Assembly (NCBI GenBank): GCA_963787125.1
Contig: CAWBBV010000006.1
Location: forward strand, 32,001 to 96,000
DNA from: an uncultured delta proteobacterium
GTDB lineage: Bacteria > Desulfobacterota > Desulfuromonadia > Geobacterales > DSM-12255
DNA: 64,000 bases
Reading direction: 5' to 3'
A model generated the notes under the pieces. The model ran no database searches. It was not told the DNA's origin and saw nothing but the letters and a program-made list of their open reading frames with translations. The first letter of the stretch is position 1. The number at the start of each line of letters is the position of its first letter. The translations under genes and the position numbers were made by a program. Shown here piece after piece: positions 27,123 to 36,926 of the stretch.

Positions 27123-27743
27123 TTACTTCTTCTTTGCCGTTTTTGCCGGTTTTACTGCAATTGCCAATGTCTCGGTAACGGTAATAACCACTTCGTCGCC
27201 GACCTTTACATTATCAAGATTTTTCTTGTTTTCGATCTTGACTACCTTGAATTTCCCGTCAGCCATCTTCAGGGTAGCGGTTGTTTTGTTCGGGCTGATC
27301 GACTCGACAGTGGCCGTGATGGTAACCTGAGCGCGAGCGATACCTGACGGCTTTTCACCTGGCTTGGCAAGGCGTTCTGCGCCGAGTGCTGCCGTGTTTT
27401 CCTTCGGTGCTTCGCCAGCTTTGTATACTTTCACGGCTATCGACTCGTAATAGGTAATATTAACCGTATCACCAACCTTGACCTGAGCAAGATTTTTGAC
27501 CTGATCGCCGGCCTTGATGTCGACGATATTGCCTTCAGGCCCCTTGACCGTAACTATGCGGTTTTCAAGGTCAACTGCCTCTACCGTTGCAGTCACCTGA
27601 GTAGTTCTCTCTTTTTTTACGGAAGGTTTTTTGCCTTCTGCAGCTTTCTTTGTTTCTGCGACCGGTTTTGCATCTTCGGCAATCGATACAGCCGCAAGTG
27701 ACAGGGTAAAAAGGGATGCAGCAACAACAATCAGTTTCTTCAT
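27123..27743 (-). CDS. Secreted hypothetical protein with two OB-like repeats (paralog of 53322..53927)
   Basis: Signal peptide; repeated TATVE.....VKVGD.V.IT. Confidence 0.8.
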   Translation of the reverse strand: MKKLIVVAASLFTLSLAAVSIAEDAKPVAETKKAAEGKKPSVKKERTTQVTATVEAVDLENRIVTVKGPEGNIVDIKAGDQVKNLAQVKVGDTVNITYYESIAVKVYKAGEAPKENTAALGAERLAKPGEKPSGIARAQVTITATVESISPNKTTATLKMADGKFKVVKIENKKNLDNVKVGDEVVITVTETLAIAVKPAKTAKKK

Positions 27744-27823
27744 ATTCAGACTTCTCCTTTGGGGGTTATTGGGTACAGTCGTGCAGACTTGTCCCGGTTG
27801 AAAATAAATTACGTACGTTTTTG

Positions 27824-29689
27824 TTACTTCGGCAGAGAACGGGGTTGAGTCATATTCTCCGGTTTGAGGAGATCGTCAAGCGCGTCCTTGGTCAACCACC
27901 CTTTTTTCAGAACCAGATCATAAACGCTGCCATCAGTTTCCAGCGCCTCTTTGGCAATGGCCGCTGACTTTTCATAGCCAAGCACCGGATTGAGTGCCGT
28001 CACAAGACCGATACTGTTCTGCACCATTTCAAGGCAACGTTTCTCATTGGCCTTAATGCCGACGATGCAGCGACTGGTCAGAGTAAGGCACGCGTTTTTG
28101 AGGATCATCAGGCCGTGGAGCAGACAGTATGCCATGATCGGCTCAGCCATATTCAGTTCAAGTTCTCCTGCCTCTCCGGCCATGGCAACAGTCACATCAT
28201 AGCCGATGATTGTGAAGCAGACCTGGCTGACCATCTCCGGTATAACCGGATTGACCTTGCCCGGCATAATAGATGAACCTGGTTGCATTGCCGGGAGGCG
28301 GATTTCATACAGACCGCAGCGTGGGCCTGAACCCATCCAGCGCAGATCGTTGCAGATCTTGGAGAGCTGCACCGCTGCCCGCTTCATATTGGATGACATC
28401 TGGACAAAACCGCCGGCATCCTGAGTTCCCTGGACCATATTACCGGCTTTGGTGACCTGCAACCCGCAGACTGCCGCCAGTTTTTTAGTGACAAGTTCGG
28501 CGTACCCCGGAGGGGCATTAATCCCCGTACCGATGGCAGTAGCCCCCATATTGATCTCCAGAAGCTCATCCGCGCCGCGCTTCATACTGGCCATGGCGCC
28601 TTCGATCATTTTGGCGTAAGCACCAAATTCCTGTCCAAGGGTGATCGGCACAGCGTCCTGATTCTCGGTCCGACCCATCTTCAGCACAGTGGCAAACTCC
28701 TGCTCCTTTGCCAAGAGTGCTTCCTGAAGCTCGCCAAGCGCACCCAGGGTGTCCTTGATGGAGAAGTAGACGGCCAGCTTAATGGCAGTCGGATAGGCAT
28801 CGTTCGTCGACTGGGAGCAGTTGACATCATCATTGGGATGGAGAAACTTGTACTCGCCTTTGCTGTGGCCCATAATCTCCAGTGCCCGGTTAGCAATGAC
28901 TTCGTTGGCATTCATATTGGTAGAGGTTCCGGCACCACCCTGAATCATATCAACGACAAACTGGTCGTGCAGCTTGCCGGCAAGGATCTCATCGCAAGCA
29001 GCGCAGATGGCTTCCATCTTTTCCTTTGCCAGTACACCCAGTTCACAATTGGCCTGGGCAGAGCCCTTTTTAACCATGGCAAGAGCATCGACAAAATGGG
29101 CAAAATTCTTCAGCGGCATTCCGGAGATTGGAAAATTCTCAACGCTGCGCAGCGTCTGAACACCGAAATACGCTGAAAGCGGCACATCGCGCTCACCCAG
29201 CAGGTCGTGCTCACGGCGCACGGCGGTGGTCAGGGCGCCAGGACCGGACTGGCCGGCCAGCTGTTCGGCGGCGAAGCGCAGCCGTTCTGCCTGCCGCTGG
29301 GCCACCCTGGCGACAAGACGATAGAAGATGCCGGGATCGTTCTGCTGCACCGACTCCCAGACTGAACGCGGCACCTGCCAGACGGTCGCCCCGTTACGGG
29401 TGAAGGCGCTGGTGGAATGAGGAGTTTCGTCGAGGAGGGCCCCTTCACTGATCATAGCCCCCATGGCCAGAGTGGAAAGATGGGTGGTGGAACCGTGCAG
29501 GCCGCGAACGATCTTGACTTCCCCCGCCTCGATGATTCCGGCCCAAAGACGTGGTGAAGATTCATGGAAAAGGTATTCACCGGCGGCGTAGATTTTGCGC
29601 TCCCCCTTGCCGAAAACGAAAATCAGATCATTCTGGGAAATTCCGGTACTGGCTGCAGCAGTTACAAGCAATTGCTCAAGAATCGACAT
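27824..29689 (-). CDS. aspA: Aspartate ammonia-lyase with N-terminal cyclic-nucleotide-binding-like domain
   Basis: REHDLLG, YFGVQTLR, QGGAGTSTNMNANEV, GSSIMPGKVNP; N-terminal ~140 aa GEYLFHE...GEVKI...EGALLD. Confidence 0.92.
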   Translation of the reverse strand: MSILEQLLVTAAASTGISQNDLIFVFGKGERKIYAAGEYLFHESSPRLWAGIIEAGEVKIVRGLHGSTTHLSTLAMGAMISEGALLDETPHSTSAFTRNGATVWQVPRSVWESVQQNDPGIFYRLVARVAQRQAERLRFAAEQLAGQSGPGALTTAVRREHDLLGERDVPLSAYFGVQTLRSVENFPISGMPLKNFAHFVDALAMVKKGSAQANCELGVLAKEKMEAICAACDEILAGKLHDQFVVDMIQGGAGTSTNMNANEVIANRALEIMGHSKGEYKFLHPNDDVNCSQSTNDAYPTAIKLAVYFSIKDTLGALGELQEALLAKEQEFATVLKMGRTENQDAVPITLGQEFGAYAKMIEGAMASMKRGADELLEINMGATAIGTGINAPPGYAELVTKKLAAVCGLQVTKAGNMVQGTQDAGGFVQMSSNMKRAAVQLSKICNDLRWMGSGPRCGLYEIRLPAMQPGSSIMPGKVNPVIPEMVSQVCFTIIGYDVTVAMAGEAGELELNMAEPIMAYCLLHGLMILKNACLTLTSRCIVGIKANEKRCLEMVQNSIGLVTALNPVLGYEKSAAIAKEALETDGSVYDLVLKKGWLTKDALDDLLKPENMTQPRSLPK

Positions 29690-29738
29690 GTTGTTTCTCC
29701 TTTATTCAGAAGTTTTAACCGGATTACCCGGTTTGTGG

Positions 29739-31043
29739 TCACAGGAATATGCCGCCGAACACGAAGCCCAGGGCCACCGCAAAGGCAATAGTACAGGTTC
29801 CGGGGATCAGGAACGGGTGGTCAAAGACGTATTTGCCCACCCTGGTCGAACCGGTGTCGTCGAATTCGACGGCAGCGATCAGGGACGGGTAGGTCGGCAG
29901 CACGAACAGTGCGCTGACTGCGGAAAAGGCGGCGATGGCCGCGACCGGACTGACTCCGAGAGCCAGCGCCGCCGGCATCAGCGCCTTGGTGGTCGCCGCC
30001 TGGGAATAGAGCAGCATGGCGGCAAAGAAAAGGACCACGGCCAGCATCCAGGGGTACGAAGAGAGCAGGTTGGCGGCAAAGACGTTGATCTCCTTCATAT
30101 GCGCCGCCACAAAGGTCGTGCCGAGCCAGGCGACCCCCAGTACGCAGATGCAGGCGCTCATCCCCGATTTGAAGGTCGCCGCGTTGAGGATATTCTTGGC
30201 GTCGACCTTGCAGAACAGGCAGATCAGGGTGGCTGCGCCAAGCATGAAGGAGATGATCGCATCGTCCCGGGTAAGAACCGGTTTCGTGATGAGGGCAAAC
30301 GTCGGGCTGATGGCCAGGGCGTAAAACACCACACCAAATAGACAGATGGCGAAGATCAGCACGGACCGCTTGGCTTCGGAAGTAATCTCCTTCTCCCCGT
30401 CAGAAGAAGCCTTCATATTGACCTGGCCCTTGGCAAGACGCTCCTGAAAGATCGGATCGTCCTTCAACTCCTTACCCATGAAGTTAGCCACGACTGCGCC
30501 GAGCATGCACGCTATAAAAGTGCTCGGAATCGCCACCATCAGCAGCTTGACGTAATCGACCCCGTATTTTTCCAGCTCCTTGGAAAAGAAAACCACGGCA
30601 GCCGAAATCGGTGACGCAGTGACAGCGATCTGAGAGGCAACGGTGGCGATGGAGAGCGGCCGTGACGGTCTGATGCCGTTCAGTTTGGCTACTTCTGCAA
30701 TCACCGGCAGGGTCGAAAAGGCCGTGTGACCCGTTCCGGCGAACAGGGTCATGGTATAGGTGACCATCGGCGCAAGAAACGTGATATACTTCGGATTCTT
30801 TTTCAGTATTTTGGTGGCGATGTGAACCAGATAGTCGAGCCCGCCTGCCACCTGCATCGAGGCGATGGCGGCAATAACCCCCATGATGATGAGAATGACG
30901 TCTGTCGGGATGGCGCCCGGTTTGACACCGAACAGCCCCAGGACCAGCACGCCGAAGCCACCGGCGAAACCGATGCCGATGCTCCCCAGGCGCGCCCCCA
31001 GCCAGATGAAGAACAGCACGATCAGCAATTCAACGATCCACAT
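29739..31043 (-). CDS. Anaerobic C4-dicarboxylate transporter, DcuA/DcuB family
   Basis: LGARLGSIGIG, QVAGGLD, AGTGH, RPSRPLS..TVASQIA.TASPISAA, DDTGSTR. Confidence 0.95.
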   Translation of the reverse strand: MWIVELLIVLFFIWLGARLGSIGIGFAGGFGVLVLGLFGVKPGAIPTDVILIIMGVIAAIASMQVAGGLDYLVHIATKILKKNPKYITFLAPMVTYTMTLFAGTGHTAFSTLPVIAEVAKLNGIRPSRPLSIATVASQIAVTASPISAAVVFFSKELEKYGVDYVKLLMVAIPSTFIACMLGAVVANFMGKELKDDPIFQERLAKGQVNMKASSDGEKEITSEAKRSVLIFAICLFGVVFYALAISPTFALITKPVLTRDDAIISFMLGAATLICLFCKVDAKNILNAATFKSGMSACICVLGVAWLGTTFVAAHMKEINVFAANLLSSYPWMLAVVLFFAAMLLYSQAATTKALMPAALALGVSPVAAIAAFSAVSALFVLPTYPSLIAAVEFDDTGSTRVGKYVFDHPFLIPGTCTIAFAVALGFVFGGIFL

Positions 31044-31109
31044 GAGCTCTCTCCTTTATCGTTCCGCAGCGTAACTTGGAATAGTCTTGTTGTTGAGACA
31101 GGCTCATAT

Positions 31110-31619
31110 TCATGGCAGTCGGAAATGCCCGCCGAGATTCCTGGTCTGGCCGGTCACGCTGATAACACCCTCGGAATCAGTCATTGTGGTAATCGATGCC
31201 CAGTTGAAGGAAAGGTCGCCGCTAATGCCGGCCAAACTGCCGTTGCCACCGATAATGGTGCCGGTAACCTGGCTCCCCTGCTGCAGCTTGTCGCTCTGCA
31301 AAGTAATGTAAATCTCCGGCCCGGCAAGATCCTTCCAGACACAGCGACCGACAAGTCCGGTCACCGAATCGGCAAGACCGACGCATTCCGACCAGTAATC
31401 CTTCTTTTTGCCAAGGGCCGTCTGCAGACTTACATGGCCAGCGAGCTTAAAGGTGAAAACCTGCCGTCCGTCCTCAAAGGGGAACGACGTCCGGGTGCCG
31501 TTGGCAATCCAGGCTCCCTTGAATTCACCTGATTCAGCCGCCTGGCTTTCGGCCAAGAATGAAGTCGCGAGCAGTAGCACCCCGCATACAAAGATTCGTG
31601 ACATCAAGCTACCGTTCAT
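31110..31619 (-). CDS. Secreted hypothetical beta-rich protein (paralog of 22020..22616)
   Basis: Signal peptide; FKGAWIANG...GTIIGGNGSLAGISG. Confidence 0.75.
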   Translation of the reverse strand: MNGSLMSRIFVCGVLLLATSFLAESQAAESGEFKGAWIANGTRTSFPFEDGRQVFTFKLAGHVSLQTALGKKKDYWSECVGLADSVTGLVGRCVWKDLAGPEIYITLQSDKLQQGSQVTGTIIGGNGSLAGISGDLSFNWASITTMTDSEGVISVTGQTRNLGGHFRLP

Positions 31620-31692
31620 GGCGTCTCCTTTAGTCCGTTTTCAAGTTTTATGAATCAGAAAGAGTGACTCCGCTGTGCCGCCCAGGCTGTAG

Positions 31693-32628
31693 CTACTCGA
31701 CTTTCTTCCAGCCACTGCCAGGATTAAAGAGTTTTATGGAGGCAGCGACTTTACCGCTGTTCTTCCCCAGGTCTTTCTGATAAACGATGCCGTTCTGGTT
31801 GACGATAAAGGTCATGACCCCGGACGCTCCATACTGAGCAGGATAAGCCACCATGGCATAACCGAGGATCATTTTACCGTTCACCAGGTAATCGAAGGCT
31901 CCGCCTTCAGCGTCCTTACCCTGCCCTTTGAGTATTTTGAAGTAATAACCATGGAGCGCGGTATTCCCCTTTGAGTACCCTTCTTTGGCAGCCTTTGCCG
32001 CCAATGGTCCAAGTGGGCTCAGTTTCTCACCCTCTTTTGCAACCCAATAGAGGCCATCTTTTTTCCCCTCACTGCTCCGTACCTTCTGGGCAAATTCCGA
32101 CTTACCGTCACCGTCCCAGTCGGTCGTAGCGTATTCACGCTGGGCATCGACATAACTTCGCAGGATCTCGATCACCTCCAGCTCGTTTCTGCCGATTCGC
32201 CGATTCAGGAGTTCCTCTTTCCCGGCCCTGGTGTCGAAGCGCCAGACTTTGCCTGTTTTCACCAACGGGATTGGATAGGGGTAGTCCTCATTGCCAATGG
32301 CAAAAACTGCCTTGCCGGTCTCAGTACCTTCAATGACGATTTTTTCGTCATACAGCTTGACGAAGCGCTCCCGGCCGGCCTTGTCAGCAACCGGATCGCC
32401 TGAAGAGATAATCTCCTTTGAGCCAGGTCCGAGAATGGCTATAAGTGCTTTGGTATCATTGTTTCTGACCGCTTTGGCTAGGATCTTTAAAGCTTCATCC
32501 GGCGAAGAAAACGCTTGCTGGCCTTTTTTAGCCGAAGCCGCCACGACCGGAGCCACGCCGGCCAGAACTAAAAATAGAGCCAGTAGCAGAAGCTGAATGA
32601 TTGAAATTTTCCTGAATATCATAAACAT
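31693..32628 (-). CDS. DUF2950 family protein
   Basis: QQAFSSPDEA, PYPIPLV, RRIGRNEL, YVDAQREY, DGLYW, HGYYFKIL, YGASGVMTF. Confidence 0.9.
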   Translation of the reverse strand: MFMIFRKISIIQLLLLALFLVLAGVAPVVAASAKKGQQAFSSPDEALKILAKAVRNNDTKALIAILGPGSKEIISSGDPVADKAGRERFVKLYDEKIVIEGTETGKAVFAIGNEDYPYPIPLVKTGKVWRFDTRAGKEELLNRRIGRNELEVIEILRSYVDAQREYATTDWDGDGKSEFAQKVRSSEGKKDGLYWVAKEGEKLSPLGPLAAKAAKEGYSKGNTALHGYYFKILKGQGKDAEGGAFDYLVNGKMILGYAMVAYPAQYGASGVMTFIVNQNGIVYQKDLGKNSGKVAASIKLFNPGSGWKKVE

Positions 32629-32676
32629 GGTGCGGTATCCTCCAATATGGGTTATGAAATGAGGTTCGACGAGTCG

Positions 32677-34080
32677 CTATCTGCGACCACCGCCGCCGCC
32701 TCGACCACCGCCTCCACCGCCTCGACTCGCACCACCACCACCACCGCCTCGACTCGCACCACCACCACCACCACCACCACCACCGCCTCGACTCGCACCA
32801 CCACCACCACCGCCGCCTCGACCACCGCTAAATCCGCCCCCACCTCCACCTCTCGAACCGCCGCCGCTAATACCGCTGCCGCCGGAGCTCTGCCGACTTG
32901 ACATGCCACGATCACTTGCCGCCCGCGCCTGACTGCCACTGCCGCCGCCAAAAGCGCTGTCAAGCCCGCCTCTGTCCATGGTGCCAGCTGACGGACGGGC
33001 ATCTGCCCCGGCGGCGCTTCTGTTCATGGTGCCGGCCGAAGGGCGATTCCCTGCTGTGCTGCCGGCTTTATCCATAGTACCGGCCGAGGGACGACTCCCG
33101 GCGCTGCCGCCGGCATTACCATAGCCACGGGAAGCTTCGCCCCTCCCGGCTGACTGGGTCGGAGATTGGCCGAATTTCTTTGCAGTTGCTCCATCTTTGT
33201 AGGCAACACCCTTGCGATGTTCCGGATTATGTTGCCACGGCTTTTGATTAGCCCCCCCCGCAGGAAGTGTTGATGCTGATGGTGGTCTAGCACCGGGTGT
33301 TCCAGGGGGTGTCGTCCCCGGAGGGCGCGCTCCTGCAGGTGGTGGTGGCGGTGGAGGTGGTGGCGGGTAAACATACCCCCCGTGCCAATCACAATGCCCA
33401 TATCCATAGGACGGGCCCACGATTATCCCGACCGAAAACGAATACGGCGGATATGACGGTGGCGGTGGCGGATAATAATAGTAGGGGGGGTAGGCAGGAT
33501 ACATCCAGGTACCATAAACCACCGTCGTGCTGTAAGTCGGCACGTATATCACCTCGGGATTAGCCGACTGGATGATGATAGTCTCCTTCTCCACAACAAC
33601 CTTCTGCTCCTTGGACGCTTTCAGGTTCCCCGCTTCGTAGGCCTTCTTCCGCAGCAGCTGAATCGTAGCCATCACCTCTTTCTGCTGGGACAGGAAAGCG
33701 TCGCCGATCTTTGTGGTGATATCGAGTTTCTCACTCATTGAAGCCAGCACAACCGGAAACCTGACCAGCGCCTTGACGCTCGGATCCCATGTTTCCTTTG
33801 CAAGCTGCCTGGCCAGGGCATCTCCGGCGCTCTGTTTGTTTTTCTTCGTCCAGCGGTCCGCCTGAACAACTTCGAGCGGATAGGTCGAAGCCATCAGAAT
33901 CTGGGATACCAGCTCATCAGGATAAAGAGCAATCGGTGCCAGCAACTGCGCCAGCTCTTCAGTAGACAGCTTCTTCGCCGCATCGCTCCCATCCGTCCCG
34001 GCCATCACCTGAGTCGGCACTACAATTAATAGTGCCAGCAGAAGTTGAAGCACACCAATCCAGAGTGATTTTAATTTCAT
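32677..34080 (-). CDS. DUF3300 family protein with Pro-rich and Gly/Arg-rich tail
   Basis: LAQLLAPIALYPDEL..QILMASTYPLEVV, WDPSVKAL, WQHNPEHRKGVAY; adjacent to DUF2950. Confidence 0.9.
   Translation of the reverse strand: MKLKSLWIGVLQLLLALLIVVPTQVMAGTDGSDAAKKLSTEELAQLLAPIALYPDELVSQILMASTYPLEVVQADRWTKKNKQSAGDALARQLAKETWDPSVKALVRFPVVLASMSEKLDITTKIGDAFLSQQKEVMATIQLLRKKAYEAGNLKASKEQKVVVEKETIIIQSANPEVIYVPTYSTTVVYGTWMYPAYPPYYYYPPPPPSYPPYSFSVGIIVGPSYGYGHCDWHGGYVYPPPPPPPPPPAGARPPGTTPPGTPGARPPSASTLPAGGANQKPWQHNPEHRKGVAYKDGATAKKFGQSPTQSAGRGEASRGYGNAGGSAGSRPSAGTMDKAGSTAGNRPSAGTMNRSAAGADARPSAGTMDRGGLDSAFGGGSGSQARAASDRGMSSRQSSGGSGISGGGSRGGGGGGFSGGRGGGGGGGASRGGGGGGGGGGASRGGGGGGASRGGGGGGRGGGGGRR
32686..32885 (-). 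repeat. Coding low-complexity repeat: (ACC)n tracts with a GCCTCGACTCGC unit x3, encoding poly-Gly/ASRGG
   Basis: Direct inspection; lies in frame in the DUF3300 C-terminus. Confidence 0.85.
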
Positions 34081-34145
34081 GCACCTTCCCTTTTACTGAT
34101 CCAGTTATTGTTTTAATCTAATGATTCAAGGAGTTCTGAGCAGAG

Positions 34146-34472
34146 TTATGCCCCCCCCCTCAATTTCTCGACCAGATCGAAATGCCACTTATTATCAGTT
34201 TCATAAAATGATACCTCCGGGAGCCGGGTTGATAACTCCATGACCTCCAGAATCCTGACGTAGACGCTGCTTTCTATATGTCGTTCCAGATCCGGCAATG
34301 ACCGCCATTGCTCCATGTAGAGAATACTCGGTTCTTCGCCATACCCTTCGTAGATACCGCAGCTCAGGCACCCATGCGCCACTTCCACGGGTCCCTTTAC
34401 CGACTGGAGCAGGTCGAGCGCCTCTCTGTGGCTTTCATTAAAGGTAAATATTTTTAATAGGGCGATTATCAT
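34146..34472 (-). CDS. Antibiotic biosynthesis monooxygenase (ABM)-fold protein
   Basis: 108 aa; GCLSC.IY...LYMEQWRS..DLERHI.S. Confidence 0.8.
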   Translation of the reverse strand: MIIALLKIFTFNESHREALDLLQSVKGPVEVAHGCLSCGIYEGYGEEPSILYMEQWRSLPDLERHIESSVYVRILEVMELSTRLPEVSFYETDNKWHFDLVEKLRGGA

Positions 34473-34486
34473 TATGTGATTATCTA

Positions 34487-34503
34487 TCCCATTTTTATGC
34501 CAA
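34487..34503 (-). promoter_or_regulatory. Candidate sigma54 promoter (non-canonical -12) for the ABM-DUF3300 operon
   Basis: Minus strand TTGGCATAAAAATGGGA vs consensus YTGGCACGRNNNTTGCW. Confidence 0.35.
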
Positions 34504-34609
34504 CTTTGTTAATACTTATGAATTAACAGGATAAAATCGAGAATTCGGGGGGTTATCAATAATGAAGGGAACGGACAAAGGAGACTAGCTCCACCAAGAG
34601 GACGACATT

Positions 34610-36652
34610 TCAACTCAAGGTCGATATGCCGTCTTTTGTGCGTTGTGAGACTATGCCTAGCTTTTTCATCCGGGAATAGAGTGTCGCCGGGTTCAAACCG
34701 AGTATCCGGGCAGCGCCGCCGTCACCTTTAATCCGCCAGCCGGTCTGCCTGAGGATATCTTCTATGTGACGACTTTCAAGCTCTTCAAGGGAAAGCTGGC
34801 GCGAGGAGCGGTTACCGCTGTTTTCCGGGAGCCTGATTGTCAGTTCACTCCCTGAACTGACAATCACCGCATGTTCAATGACGTTTCTAAGCTCCCGTAT
34901 ATTGCCCGGCCAGGAGTATGCCTGTAATGAAGCCAGATCATTACTGCTGACTTTGCGGATTTTTTTACCCATTTTTTCATTGAACTCACGCAAAAACTCC
35001 CACACCAGCATGGGGATGTCTTCAACCCGCTCACGCAGGGAAGGGACGGCAATGGGGAAAACACTCAGGCGATAATACAGATCCTCACGGAAAGTGCCTT
35101 TCCTGACCTCTTCCAGTAAATCACGATTGGTTGCGGTAATCACCCTCACATCCACTTTGATGGTTTTTGGCGACCCCAACCGTTCGAACTCACCCTCCTG
35201 CAGCACCCGCAGGAATTTGGCCTGAAGCTCAAGGGACATTTCCGCGATTTCGTCGAGAAAGAGGGTTGAGCCGTCGGCAAGTTCAAAGCGGCCGATCTGG
35301 CGCGTCAGCGCCCCGGTAAAGGCACCTCTCTCCCGGCCGAAAAGCTCGCTCTCCACCAGTGATGCCGGTAGCGAAGCGCAGTTCACCTTCACCATCAGTT
35401 TGTTCCGCCGGGGGCTGTTATTATGGATAGACTGGGCGATCAGCTCCTTGCCGGTGCCGGTTTCACCACTCACCAGGACAGTTGCAGCTGTGGGCGCCAC
35501 CTGCTCCACCATAACCAGCACCCTGTTAAGTGGTTCACTCTGGCCGATAATTTTCTCATGGGACTGAAAGGCGCGCACTTCAGTCCGCAGGTAGTCAGCT
35601 TCAGTCTCAAGTTTTTCCTTTAACGCCGCTATCTCTTCATAAGACTTAATGAGCGCCTGCTCTGCACTATCCCTAAAAACAGCGTTAATTAAAACTTCTC
35701 CAAATATCTGGAGCCGGGGTAGATTCTCAACAGGAAAAGAAAGCCTGCTCGCAAGAGACTGGATAATAAGCACGTAAGAACTACCGTCTTTTGCCGGGAG
35801 TGGTACACGTAGCGCTGACTTTACCCCCATGACCTCATAGGAGCGGCGATCAATGGCAGCAGCCGGCGGCAGCTCGTCAAGATCGGAAAAGCAGTGATAT
35901 CGTCCTGTTAGCATCAGATCGACCGACCAGGGAAACATCGACGCCAGATCTACGTCCCGAGAAACCTGTTTAATGCCATCCCGATAATAAGCGTGGGTTA
36001 TCAAGGTCTTTCTGCTTATCAGATCCAGCATGATCATTGCGCACCGGTCACCGCCAACAAAATGCAGGATTTTGCCCAAAGTTTGCTCGATCAAGCCGTC
36101 CAAAGCGGCTGACAGAATTGGTCTGGAAAATTCACTTGAAAGCTGTACAAGGAGAGACTCAAATTGCAGTTGCCGGTCAACCGCTTTCTCCCTGGCTTTC
36201 CTGGCGGTGATGTCGACGGAAACACCCATGATTGAGGATGCTTTTGCCCCGGCACCACTGTAGATAGCACCGCGCGAATGTACCCAGCGGACCGACCTTT
36301 CAGGCATGAAAAGACGGTATTCTACATCGACATTAGCGCCTTCTTGTAAGGTCTTTTGTATCGCATCCCGAACCAGGTGAATGTCGTCAGGATGTACTCT
36401 TACCGCAAAATCATCAAACGATATATCGCCGGCTTTGGGAAAGCTGAACATGTCTCTGGTCCGTTCGTTAGCCCAGAAAAGGTAAGTATCAAGATCAAGT
36501 GACCAGAGGCCGGCACCGGCAGCATCCACAGCAAGTTCAAGCCGGGTTTCGTATATTTTAAGGTTATTGTAAAGGGTGCGCAGATCGTGAGAGGGATCAG
36601 TCCCTATCAAGTGCTCTGAAGATTCAGAAGAAGTCGGGGGAAAAGTTTTCAA
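34610..36652 (-). CDS. Sigma54-dependent activator (PAS + GAF-like + AAA+ + HTH; FhlA-like)
   Basis: GETGTGKE, ESELFG, GAFTGA, FLDEI, WPGNIREL, GAARILGL..TLYSRMKKLGI; AGAGGAG RBS before TTG 36652. Confidence 0.93.
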   Translation of the reverse strand: MKTFPPTSSESSEHLIGTDPSHDLRTLYNNLKIYETRLELAVDAAGAGLWSLDLDTYLFWANERTRDMFSFPKAGDISFDDFAVRVHPDDIHLVRDAIQKTLQEGANVDVEYRLFMPERSVRWVHSRGAIYSGAGAKASSIMGVSVDITARKAREKAVDRQLQFESLLVQLSSEFSRPILSAALDGLIEQTLGKILHFVGGDRCAMIMLDLISRKTLITHAYYRDGIKQVSRDVDLASMFPWSVDLMLTGRYHCFSDLDELPPAAAIDRRSYEVMGVKSALRVPLPAKDGSSYVLIIQSLASRLSFPVENLPRLQIFGEVLINAVFRDSAEQALIKSYEEIAALKEKLETEADYLRTEVRAFQSHEKIIGQSEPLNRVLVMVEQVAPTAATVLVSGETGTGKELIAQSIHNNSPRRNKLMVKVNCASLPASLVESELFGRERGAFTGALTRQIGRFELADGSTLFLDEIAEMSLELQAKFLRVLQEGEFERLGSPKTIKVDVRVITATNRDLLEEVRKGTFREDLYYRLSVFPIAVPSLRERVEDIPMLVWEFLREFNEKMGKKIRKVSSNDLASLQAYSWPGNIRELRNVIEHAVIVSSGSELTIRLPENSGNRSSRQLSLEELESRHIEDILRQTGWRIKGDGGAARILGLNPATLYSRMKKLGIVSQRTKDGISTLS

Positions 36653-36836
36653 TGAAGCTCCTCTGGCAGATATATGTGTTAACCAGAAGTAAAGAATATT
36701 AGATTCCCGCCCAAAATCAAGCCCAAAGATCAACCTTTGGTCGACATTTCGTCTCCGACATTTATTTTCAATTTTGGCTCAGGATTAAAATCATTATATT
36801 CCAGCTGATTATAGCTAGAATATGTAAACCGCGTAT

Positions 36837-36853
36837 CTGGCACAAATTTTGGA
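36837..36853 (+). promoter_or_regulatory. Candidate sigma54 promoter (non-canonical -12) for the VWA-OmpA gene
   Basis: CTGGCACAAATTTTGGA vs consensus YTGGCACGRNNNTTGCW. Confidence 0.45.
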
Positions 36854-36926
36854 TTATAAAAAATAATTTAGAAATCAAGTTTATGGCACCAGCGAAAATT
36901 CAAATAAATCATAAAGGAGAACGATC

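Noticed and set aside
32686..32885. Repeat array as CRISPR or non-coding VNTR
   Set aside because: Units are in-frame Gly codons without unique spacers; no cas genes in the window.
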